39,354 nt of DNA from Acidimicrobiia bacterium. Its GTDB lineage: Bacteria; Actinomycetota; Acidimicrobiia; Acidimicrobiales; SHLQ01. The stretch spans positions 1-39,354 of the forward strand of contig JAOUEE010000003.1 in assembly GCA_029858875.1 (NCBI GenBank), read 5' to 3'. Positions 1 to 10,722 of this stretch are shown here, piece after piece (position 1 is the first letter of the stretch; each line of letters starts with the position of its first letter). The notes under the pieces were generated by a model. The model saw only the letters and a program-made list of their open reading frames with translations, was not told the origin of the DNA and made no database searches. Made by a program: the position numbers and the translations under genes.

Positions 1-1
1 G

Positions 2-208
2 ACCGTGGCGCCCAGCACCGAGGCGCCGCCGCCCCCCCCGCCGCCACCGCCTCCTCCTCCTCCTCCACCGTCGACACCGTCGACCTCCGTTGCCCCGGGG
101 ACCGTGCCGCCCACGGGCACCGATGAGCCCGAGACCCAGGTCCTCGGCGCCGTCGAGGAGGCCGGAGTGGCCACCGCGGTCGCCGCCGAGCCCGACTTCA
201 CCGGCTGA
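2..208 (+). CDS. 3' end of a Pro/Thr-rich, probably surface-exposed protein ending ...QVLG...AVAAEPDFTG (5'-truncated by window)
   Basis: Open frame from window edge to TGA 206-208; poly-Pro linker then a PxFTG C-terminus. Confidence 0.7.
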   Translation, partial: TVAPSTEAPPPPPPPPPPPPPPPSTPSTSVAPGTVPPTGTDEPETQVLGAVEEAGVATAVAAEPDFTG

Positions 209-2816
<2,608 letters not shown>

Positions 2817-2820
<4 letters not shown>

Positions 2821-3272
2821 AGGTCGCCGTGCTCATGGGGTCCGAGAGCGACACCGAGAAGATGGCCAAAGCGGGTCAGACCCTCGCCGAGTTCGGCATC
2901 GAGGCCGACGTGCGGGTGCTGTCGGCCCATCGGAATCCCGACGAGGTGGTCGGGCTGGCCCGATCGGCACGCGAGAACGGGTATGTGGCCTTCATCTGCG
3001 GCGCCGGGATGGCGGCGCACCTCGCTGGTGCGGTGGCAGCCAACACGACGTTGCCCGTGGTCGGCGTGCCGCTGTCGGGCGGCGCCCTCAACGGGGTCGA
3101 TGCGTTGTACAGCACCGTCCAGATGCCCAAGGGCATTCCGGTGGCGACCGTGGCCGTCGACGGGTCACAGAACGCCGCGCTGCTGGTCGTGCAGATGTTG
3201 GCCATCACCGATGCCGGTTTGGCCGAGAAGCTGGCGGCCCGACGGGCCGAGTCGGCTGGTGGGCCGCGGTGA
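2817..3272 (+). CDS. purE: N5-CAIR mutase (PurE)
   Basis: [35 protein letters not shown]; ATG 2817 overlaps purD stop, AAGGAG SD. The track's start at 2133 is spurious. Confidence 0.96.
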
Positions 3273-3292
3273 GGGCTGGCCGCGGCGGGGGT

Positions 3293-3580
3293 TCAACCGT
3301 CGATGCGGGCCGCTTCCTCGCGGGCGTGGATCTTGTAGCGCCGACGACGGGCGAACACGTTGAGCCGGCTCCGTGTGCGACCGTTGCGATGGAACCCCAG
3401 CACCTTGGCCGCACAACCCACGCACATCGGCTTGTGGTCGCGACCCCGAGGGTAGGCCAGGCATTCGGCGCAGTATTCATGGCCGCATCGGGGACAGACG
3501 CCCCGAGCCGGCAGGAAGCGGTGTTGAGCACAGCGTCCGCTGAGCTCGGAATCGTCGGATCGGTGCAGCAGTCCCATCAC
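3293..3580 (-). CDS. Small Cys/His-rich (B-box-like) zinc-finger protein with basic tail
   Basis: CAQH-x8-CPRC-x4-CAEC-x12-CVGC; fills the purE-purB gap on the opposite strand. Confidence 0.75.
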   Translation of the reverse strand: MMGLLHRSDDSELSGRCAQHRFLPARGVCPRCGHEYCAECLAYPRGRDHKPMCVGCAAKVLGFHRNGRTRSRLNVFARRRRYKIHAREEAARIDG

Positions 3581-3586
3581 TTCTCA

Positions 3587-3614
3587 TCATCGGCGGTCGG
3601 TTCCCCACTCTTGA
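3587..3614 (-). promoter_or_regulatory. Putative sigma-28/WhiG-type promoter TCAAG-N15-GCCGATGA
   Basis: Resembles FliA/WhiG consensus TAAA-N15-GCCGATAA; 6 nt upstream of GTG 3580. Confidence 0.5.
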
Positions 3615-3672
3615 GAAACCGTGATCACGAATTGGTCGGACCGTCCGCGGCGTCGGGGTGTGTGGTTCGACC

Positions 3673-5091
3673 ATGATCGTCAACGTTCTCGCCGACCGCT
3701 ACGCCAGCGCCGAGATGGTCCACATCTGGTCGCCCGAGAACAAGATCGTGCTCGAACGCCGGCTCTGGTTGGCGGTTCTGGCCGCCCAACACGAGCTGGG
3801 TGTCGAGGTCCCCGATGGGGTGATGGCGGCCTACGAGGCCGTCGTCGATCACGTCGATCTCGACAGCATCCGTCGGCGTGAGGAGATCACGCGCCACGAC
3901 GTGAAGGCCCGCATCGAGGAGTTCTGTGCCCTGGCCGGACACGAGCACATCCACAAGGGGATGACCTCGCGCGATCTCACCGAGAACGTCGAGCAGGTCC
4001 AGGTTCGGTCCTCGTTGGCTCTCGTCCGTGATCGGGCCGTGGCCACCCTGGCGCGGCTGGCTCGGCTGGCCGTCCAGTTCCGGGATCAGCCCCTGGCCGG
4101 CCGTTCGCACAACGTCGCCGCGCAGGTCACCACCCTGGGCAAACGGTTCGCCACGGTCGCCGAGGAACTGCTCGAAGCGACCGAGCGGCTCGAGCACCTG
4201 ATCGAGCGGTATCCGCTTCGTGGCATCAAAGGCCCGGTGGGAACCCAACAGGACATGGTCGACCTCTTCGACGGTGACCCGGCCCGGGCCGAGTCGCTGG
4301 AGGGCCGAGTCGCCGACCACCTCGGTTTTGCCCGCACCTTCGCCAGCGTGGGCCAGGTGTACCCCCGTTCTCTGGATCTCGATGTGGTATCGGCCCTGGT
4401 CCAGGCGGCGTCGGGGCCGGCCAACCTGGCCACCACCGTTCGACTGATGGTGGGCCACGAACTGGTGACCGAGGGGTTCAAGGAAGGCCAGGTCGGTTCA
4501 TCGGCGATGCCCCACAAGATGAACACCCGCAGCAGCGAGCGCATCAACGGTCTGCACACCATCCTCACCGGTCATCTCACGATGGCCGCGGGTCTCACCG
4601 GCGATCAGTGGAACGAGGGTGACGTCAGCTGCTCGGTGGTGCGGCGAGTCGTGCTGCCCGACGCCTTCTTCGCCACCGACGGCCTGTTCGAGACCACGCT
4701 GACCGTGCTCGACGAGTTCGGCGCCTATCCCGCGGTGATCGAGCGCGAGCTCGATCGGTACCTGCCGTTCCTCGCCACCACCAAGGTGCTGGTGGCCGCC
4801 GTGAAGGCGGGCGCCGGCCGCGAGGTGGCGCACGAGGCCATCAAGGAGCACGCCGTGGCCGTGGCGCTCGACATGCGCCGCTCTGGTCGCGTCGAGAACG
4901 ATCTGGTGGCGCGTCTGGCGGGCGACGATCGGCTGGCGATGTCGGCCGAGGAGCTCAAGGCCGCCATCGGTGCCCCCCTGTCGCTGGCTGGTCGGGCCGG
5001 TGAGCAGGTCACCGAGGTTGCAGCGCGCATCGCGCCCTGGGTGAAGCGTTTCCCCGACGCCGCTGCCTACGATCCGGCTCCGGTGTTGTGA
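3673..5091 (+). CDS. purB: Adenylosuccinate lyase
   Basis: TRHDVKA, HKGMTSRD, GSSAMPHKMN signature; start at ATG 3673 (MIVNVLADRYAS). Confidence 0.97.
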   Translation: MIVNVLADRYASAEMVHIWSPENKIVLERRLWLAVLAAQHELGVEVPDGVMAAYEAVVDHVDLDSIRRREEITRHDVKARIEEFCALAGHEHIHKGMTSRDLTENVEQVQVRSSLALVRDRAVATLARLARLAVQFRDQPLAGRSHNVAAQVTTLGKRFATVAEELLEATERLEHLIERYPLRGIKGPVGTQQDMVDLFDGDPARAESLEGRVADHLGFARTFASVGQVYPRSLDLDVVSALVQAASGPANLATTVRLMVGHELVTEGFKEGQVGSSAMPHKMNTRSSERINGLHTILTGHLTMAAGLTGDQWNEGDVSCSVVRRVVLPDAFFATDGLFETTLTVLDEFGAYPAVIERELDRYLPFLATTKVLVAAVKAGAGREVAHEAIKEHAVAVALDMRRSGRVENDLVARLAGDDRLAMSAEELKAAIGAPLSLAGRAGEQVTEVAARIAPWVKRFPDAAAYDPAPVL

Positions 5092-5128
5092 GCGGGCGCC
5101 CGCCCGCCGACCGACCAGGAGGATGGAC

Positions 5129-6013
5129 ATGAGTGTGACGCTTCCGCACATCTATTCGGGCAAGGTGCGCGACATCTACGACGCCGGCGACGACCGTCTG
5201 TTGATGGTCACCTCCGACCGCATCTCGGCCTTCGACGTGGTGATGGCCGAGCCCATCGCGCACAAGGGCCGGGTGTTGACGGCCACCTCGGCGTTCTGGT
5301 TCGAGCAGCTGGCCGACGTGGCCCCCAGCCACCTGATCTCGACCGATCTGGCCGACTTCCCCGTCGGGGCTCGCGAGCCCGACGTCGAGGGTCGGTCGAT
5401 GTTGGTGCGACGCGCCCGGATGCTGCCGGTCGAGTGCATCGTCCGGGGCTACATCACCGGATCGGCGTGGAAGGAGTATCGCGACCACGGCACCATGCAC
5501 GGCACCCGGATGCCGAGCGATCTGCAGGAGTCCTCCCAGCTCCCCGAGCCGGTGTTCACTCCCTCCACCAAGGCCCCCGACGGTGAGCATGACATCAACA
5601 TCTCGTTCTCGGAATCCGTCGACCTGATCGGTGCGGAGCTGGCCGAGCGGGCGCGGGATGTCTCGCTGGAGCTGTACACGCGTGGAGCCGAGTGGGCGGC
5701 GGAGCGCGGCATCATCATCGCCGACACGAAGTTCGAGCTGGGGCTGGTCGACGACGAGCTCGTCGTGGCCGATGAGATGCTCACCCCCGACTCGTCACGG
5801 TTCTGGCCGGCCGACCAGTGGCAGCCCGGAACCACACCTCCCTCGTTCGACAAGCAGCCGGTGCGCGATCACCTCGACGGGCTGGACTGGGACAAGACGC
5901 CGCCCCCACCCGCCCTCCCCGCTGACGTGGTGGCCGCCACCAGCGCCCGCTACGTCGAGGCGTACGAGCGCATCACGGGACGACGCTTCGCCGACTGGCC
6001 GGGAACGAGCTGA
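5129..6013 (+). CDS. purC: SAICAR synthetase
   Basis: SGKVRDIY, SDRISAFD, VECIVRGY, ADTKFELG, TPDSSRFW, SFDKQ; AGGAGG at 5117-5122 favours ATG 5129. Confidence 0.97.
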   Translation: MSVTLPHIYSGKVRDIYDAGDDRLLMVTSDRISAFDVVMAEPIAHKGRVLTATSAFWFEQLADVAPSHLISTDLADFPVGAREPDVEGRSMLVRRARMLPVECIVRGYITGSAWKEYRDHGTMHGTRMPSDLQESSQLPEPVFTPSTKAPDGEHDINISFSESVDLIGAELAERARDVSLELYTRGAEWAAERGIIIADTKFELGLVDDELVVADEMLTPDSSRFWPADQWQPGTTPPSFDKQPVRDHLDGLDWDKTPPPPALPADVVAATSARYVEAYERITGRRFADWPGTS

Positions 6014-6068
6014 GCGCGCCCATGAGCCCGCCTGGTTCCGGACGGGTCGGCTCGGTACCGTCGAGTCG

Positions 6069-8261
6069 GTGCGCGACCTGAGGTCAGCCGTTCGATCGCA
6101 GGTGGCCATCGCCCTCGTCGCCGTGGTGACCCTCGTGGCCGGCGGCAGTCACCCGGTCGGTGCCCACACGCCCCACGATGACATCTTCGACGTGGCCCTC
6201 TCGCCGACCTTCTCGATCGATGAGACGGTGTACGCCATCTCCCGGTCGTTGCTGCTGCGCTCCGACGATGGCGGTGCCACGTGGGCCCGGCTGACCAACG
6301 GACTGGACCACAACCGCCAGTACCAGGTGCTGGCGGTGTCTCCCAGCGATCCCGACATCGTGCTGGTGGGCACGGAGGGCACGGGGATCAGTCGCTCCGT
6401 CGATGGCGGCGCCAGCTGGCAGCGCCTGGATCAGGCCCCGTCCGGGGTCGACATCGACGTGTTGGATATCGCCGCCGACGGCCTCGTGGTGGCTGGTGGC
6501 CCCGACCCGGCCGTGCATGTGAGCGGCGATGGCGGTGCATCGTGGTCGACGGTCGATCAGCCGGCCGGGGTGCGTGCGGCCGCCTTCGACTCGGATCGAG
6601 GGACGGTCCTGCTCGGGCTCGAGAATGGAGTGGTCGCGGTCAGCGACGATGGTGGGACCAACTGGCGGCGCCGGGTCGTGGCCGACTCGGCCGTCACCGC
6701 GCTGGCCGTGGGGGCCGACGGTTCGGTGTGGGCGGGCACGGCAGCCGGGGTGGTGTTGTCCTCGCCGGACGGGGGCGCCACCTTCACGGCCGGCGAAGTC
6801 GCCCCGGGGTCCTCGCCGGTGATGGCGCTGGCCCCGATGGGGGCCGACCGACCGGCGTTGTGGGCGGTGACCGGGGCCGACGGGCCAGTGGTGATGCCGT
6901 TGGACGGCAGTGGCCGCTGGGAAGTGCGGGCCACCGGACTCTCGGTCGACGCCCAGTCCGGCGAGCCCGGGTACGAGGGGAGGGAGGACTTCAGCCGCCT
7001 GGCGGTGTCCGATGACGGAGCCACGCTGTTCGTCGCCGGCTTCGACGGGCTCTTCCGGTCCGACGACCTCGGCGCCGGGTGGACGGAGGTATCCACGCTG
7101 CAGGACGTGATCGTGGGGTTCGACGTGTCCCCGGACTACCAGCTCACCCCTGAGGTGGTGGTGTCCACCTACGTGGACGGAGTCCATCGGTCGGTCGACG
7201 GCGGCGATCGTTGGGATCGCCCTGACGGCAACCTGGGTGACTTCGGGCTCGGCGGTGGTAGCGGCCCGGTCCGGTTGTTCAACGTGGTGATGTCGCCGGA
7301 CTACGGCACCGACCGGACCTTGTACACATCCACCGACGACGAGTTGCTCCGCAGCACCGACGGGGGCACGACGTGGGAGGGCATCGACCCCGGTGAGGAT
7401 CGGCCCGCCGGGTCGCCTCGGGTCGACATCGTTGCCCTCTCGCCCGGGTTCGCGACCGATGCCCAGGTGTTCATGGGCACCCGCGAAGGGGCCTTCCTCG
7501 TGTCCGAGGACCGCGGCGACACGTTCAGTGCGACCGCCGACCACGGGGGGGCGGTTCGATCCATCGGCGTGTCGCCCACCTTCGCTCGGGATCGAACGCT
7601 GTTCGTTTCGCACAGCGCCGGGCGCGACGGTTCGGGCGAGCCCGCGCCGCCGGGCGTCCGACGCAGCCGTGACGGTGGCCGCACCTGGGAGACGCTGCTG
7701 TCCGACGTGACCGGTCACCTGGCCGTGTCCCCGGCCTTTGCCAGCGATGGCACCATCTTCCTGGCCACGGCGAGCGGTGTCCTTCGCAGCCAGGACTCGG
7801 GTGACGGCTGGCAATCGCTCACCATCGGCGGGTCACCCGATGAGCGCCTCGCGGTGGAGGCCATCGCCGTCTCACCGGGCTACGCCAACGACCAGACGGT
7901 GCTCATCAGCGTGCGAGGATCGGGGCTGTGGCGCTCCATCGATGGCGGTGAGCGGTTCCAGCCGGTCGGCTCCGATCTGATCGAACAGAACCTCCTGGCC
8001 TCGGACTTCGACAAGCCGACGACCCGGCCGATCCAGTTCTCCCCTGGTTATGCCGAGGACGGCACGATCTTCGTCTCCACCATCACCCAGCTGTATCGCA
8101 CGATCGACCGTGGGCAGACGTGGACGCGTGTGACGCCTGCCCTCGCCGAGCCGTCGCCCTCCGCATCCGCCGCGTCGGTGCCGATCGTGTGGATCCTCGC
8201 CGTCGGCACGGCTCTGGTCATCGTGGCGGCCGGGATCCTCGGCTGGCGCCGAACCCGATGA
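6069..8261 (+). CDS. Secreted, C-terminally membrane-anchored BNR/Asp-box (SxDGGxTW) beta-propeller protein
   Basis: Signal-peptide-like N-terminus (VAIALVAVVTLVAGGSHPVGA|H), more than ten SxDxGxxW-like boxes, C-terminal hydrophobic helix plus WRRTR; TACCGT 7 nt before GTG 6069. Confidence 0.85.
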   Translation: MRDLRSAVRSQVAIALVAVVTLVAGGSHPVGAHTPHDDIFDVALSPTFSIDETVYAISRSLLLRSDDGGATWARLTNGLDHNRQYQVLAVSPSDPDIVLVGTEGTGISRSVDGGASWQRLDQAPSGVDIDVLDIAADGLVVAGGPDPAVHVSGDGGASWSTVDQPAGVRAAAFDSDRGTVLLGLENGVVAVSDDGGTNWRRRVVADSAVTALAVGADGSVWAGTAAGVVLSSPDGGATFTAGEVAPGSSPVMALAPMGADRPALWAVTGADGPVVMPLDGSGRWEVRATGLSVDAQSGEPGYEGREDFSRLAVSDDGATLFVAGFDGLFRSDDLGAGWTEVSTLQDVIVGFDVSPDYQLTPEVVVSTYVDGVHRSVDGGDRWDRPDGNLGDFGLGGGSGPVRLFNVVMSPDYGTDRTLYTSTDDELLRSTDGGTTWEGIDPGEDRPAGSPRVDIVALSPGFATDAQVFMGTREGAFLVSEDRGDTFSATADHGGAVRSIGVSPTFARDRTLFVSHSAGRDGSGEPAPPGVRRSRDGGRTWETLLSDVTGHLAVSPAFASDGTIFLATASGVLRSQDSGDGWQSLTIGGSPDERLAVEAIAVSPGYANDQTVLISVRGSGLWRSIDGGERFQPVGSDLIEQNLLASDFDKPTTRPIQFSPGYAEDGTIFVSTITQLYRTIDRGQTWTRVTPALAEPSPSASAASVPIVWILAVGTALVIVAAGILGWRRTR

Positions 8262-9013
8262 GTCCCGCTCGCCTGCGTGCCGAGCATCGCCAGGCCGGCT
8301 TCCGAGTTCGGTTCGACTGGGGCCCGAACGGCCTGCGGGCGTTGGCCTCGATGGTGGAGATCGTGGTGGTGGTTGATGTGTTGTCGTTCAGCACCAGTGT
8401 CGACATCGCGGTGGGTCGCGGCGCCGTGGTGCTGCCGTACCGTTGGCACAACGGCACCGAGGCGTCGTTCGCGGCTGAGCGCGATGCGCTGCTGGCCCGG
8501 CGTCGTGGCGAGGATGGTTTCACACTGTCGCCGTCGTCCCTGGAGGCGATTCCGGCGGGATCCCGGTTGGTGCTGCCATCGCCCAATGGCTCGGCATTGA
8601 GCTTCGGCGCTCGTGAGGCGGGCGCCGAGCGGGTGGTGGTGGCCTCGCTTCGCAACGCCGGCGCCGTGGGGCGGTTCGTCGCTCGAACGGGCGACACTGT
8701 CGGTGTGGTGGCCTCAGGCGAGCGGTGGCGAGGCGATACGGGACCCATCCGTCCTGCGGTCGAGGATCTGCTCGGGGCCGGGGCCGTCATCGCGGCCATC
8801 CCTGGTGATGGCCGCTCGCCGGAGGCGGCGGCGGCGGCCGCCGCCTTCGACGAGGCGAGGCGCTCGTTGGCCGCCCGTCTGCCGCAGACGGCTTCGGGGC
8901 GGGAGCTGATCACCGGCGGGTTCGCGCGGGATGTGACCCTGGCCGCCGAGCACGACCGCAGCCGGGTCGTTCCGGTCCTGCTGGGCGACGAGATCGTCGA
9001 CGCGCTGGGGTGA
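8258..9013 (+). CDS. 2-phosphosulfolactate phosphatase (ComB)-family protein
   Basis: VVVDVLSFSTSV, LPSPNGS, ASLRNA, EDLLGAG, SGREL motifs; ATGA overlap with upstream gene. Confidence 0.85.
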   Translation: MSPARLRAEHRQAGFRVRFDWGPNGLRALASMVEIVVVVDVLSFSTSVDIAVGRGAVVLPYRWHNGTEASFAAERDALLARRRGEDGFTLSPSSLEAIPAGSRLVLPSPNGSALSFGAREAGAERVVVASLRNAGAVGRFVARTGDTVGVVASGERWRGDTGPIRPAVEDLLGAGAVIAAIPGDGRSPEAAAAAAAFDEARRSLAARLPQTASGRELITGGFARDVTLAAEHDRSRVVPVLLGDEIVDALG

Positions 9014-9046
9014 CATCGGGCCACTTCGCTGTGGCAGAGTGGCGAC

Positions 9047-9298
9047 GTGAAGTACTCCGTGCTCGTCGAAGTCAGGCTCCGCCCCGGGATCGCCGATCCG
9101 CAGGGGTCCACCATCGAGCGATCGCTGTCCACCCTGGGATTCGATGGCATCGGCGGCGTCCGGGTCGGTAAGAGCGTGCGTTTCGGCATCGAGGCGAGCG
9201 ACGAGGCCACGGCCCGTGCGCAGGTCGACGAGCTGTGTGCTCGGTTCCTCACCAACCCGGTCATCGAGGACGCGCTCGTCTCCATCGAAGCCGCCTGA
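9047..9298 (+). CDS. purS: FGAM synthase subunit PurS
   Basis: DPQG, VRVGK, NPVIE; 83 aa directly upstream of purQ. Confidence 0.95.
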   Translation: MKYSVLVEVRLRPGIADPQGSTIERSLSTLGFDGIGGVRVGKSVRFGIEASDEATARAQVDELCARFLTNPVIEDALVSIEAA

Positions 9299-9969
9299 TG
9301 ACCACCGTCGGGGTCGTGCAGTTCCCGGGCACCAACTGCGAGCTCGACGCGCTCGAGGCCATCGGCCACCTCGGCGGTACCGGACAGCTGCTGTGGCACG
9401 GCGATGACACGGTGGCCGGCGTGGACGCGGTGATCGTGCCGGGCGGGTTCGCCCATGGTGACTATCTGCGGCCCGGCGCCATCGCCCGGTTTTCGCCGGT
9501 GATGCAGGCGGTGGTGGCCTTTGCCCGCTCGGGCGGGCCGGTGGTGGGGATCTGCAATGGGTTTCAGGTACTGACCGAGGCCGGGCTGCTGCCCGGCGCC
9601 CTCCAGAAGAACCGTGATCTGAAGTTCCTGTGCGCCATGGCCGAGGTGCAGGTTGCGTCCGACAACTCGGTGTTCACTTCACGCACCAACGTCGGTGATG
9701 TTCTTCGGATACCCGTCAATCACTTCGAGGGCAACTACACCTGTTCGGCCGAGACCCTGGCCGAGCTGGAGGCCGAGGAGCGGGTGGTCCTGCGCTACGT
9801 GGACAACCCGAATGGCTCGGTGGGCGACATTGCCGGGATCTGCAACGGGACCCGCAACGTGGTGGGCCTCATGCCTCACCCCGAGCGCGCGAGTCACCGG
9901 CTGCTGGGCAGCGAAGACGGCCTGCCGCTGCTGGGATCGTTGCTCGATGCGGCGGGCGTAACCGCCTGA
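9298..9969 (+). CDS. purQ: FGAM synthase glutaminase subunit PurQ
   Basis: FPGTNC, PGGFAHGDYLR, GICNGFQ, GLMPHPER; TGATG overlap with purS. Confidence 0.97.
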   Translation: MTTVGVVQFPGTNCELDALEAIGHLGGTGQLLWHGDDTVAGVDAVIVPGGFAHGDYLRPGAIARFSPVMQAVVAFARSGGPVVGICNGFQVLTEAGLLPGALQKNRDLKFLCAMAEVQVASDNSVFTSRTNVGDVLRIPVNHFEGNYTCSAETLAELEAEERVVLRYVDNPNGSVGDIAGICNGTRNVVGLMPHPERASHRLLGSEDGLPLLGSLLDAAGVTA

Positions 9970-9978
9970 TCTCCGGTG

Positions 9979-10392
9979 TCAGCCGGCGCGGGAGATACCG
10001 GCCGACTTGAGAACAGCGGCGGGAACGCCGGCCTCGCGCCACGCCGTATAGCTGATGCCCTTGCTCTGCGAGTAAGCCTTGGCCAGGGCGACGAAGTCCT
10101 TCTCGAACGATGAGATGTCGACGGAGACGGTCTTGGCTTCGAGCTCCTTGGTGAGGTCGAGACGCTTCTGCAACAACTGCACCCGCTTGAGTGGATCGGC
10201 CGAGTCGATGTCCTCCTCGACCGCGGCGAGCTGTTTCTTGATCGTTTCAGGGGTCCGTTGCCGGCCCCGCTTGGGCTTGTGCGCTTCGAGCGCTTCGAGG
10301 TAGCGACGCACGGCTCGGCTCTGGTTCCGCCCCTCAGCCAGAGCCGCCTTGTGTTCGCTGCTCAATGATTTGGGACCACGTCTCTGTGCCAT
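9979..10392 (-). CDS. Small basic hypothetical protein, candidate DNA-binding protein
   Basis: 137 aa, K/R-rich, KPKRGRQR motif, amphipathic helical middle, GISYTAWREAGVPAAVL C-terminus; occupies the purQ-purL gap. Confidence 0.8.
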   Translation of the reverse strand: MAQRRGPKSLSSEHKAALAEGRNQSRAVRRYLEALEAHKPKRGRQRTPETIKKQLAAVEEDIDSADPLKRVQLLQKRLDLTKELEAKTVSVDISSFEKDFVALAKAYSQSKGISYTAWREAGVPAAVLKSAGISRAG

Positions 10393-10722
10393 GCACGGTA
10401 GTAAAGGCCACCGGCAAGACCTTCCGCAAACCCACGCTCGAACCTGTTGGCGGTGTCATATGTCCTTGCCGGTCGGTTGGCATCCCTTTGCCGGAAAGCC
10501 GAGGTCTGGCGCGCTCACCATTGATCACTGGATCTCCGGGCCTGGCCCGTCCTGTCGTTGGTGACATGCCATTCTCGAACGCGGTGCGTTGATCGCCCGT
10601 GGTCGACGGGTGCACATCGAAAATCGGCGAATCTCGGTCCCGATCCATTGTTGTCCTGGCCGTGGGATCATTGGTGAGGGCACGGTGAGACACCGTGTCG
10701 CGGCCGGACTACCGTGCCGACC

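Noticed and set aside
26-70. GCC/CCT trinucleotide run as a phase-variable microsatellite
   Set aside because: In-frame mixed Pro codons encoding a linker; length change would not switch expression.
5631-6068. N-terminal extension of the 876-aa ORF overlapping purC
   Set aside because: Out-of-frame read of purC; signal peptide and -10 box place the start near 6069.
10478-10491. Sigma-54-like TGGCA...TTGC site
   Set aside because: Spacing is GG-N9-GC rather than the required N10, and sigma-54 is generally absent from Actinobacteria.
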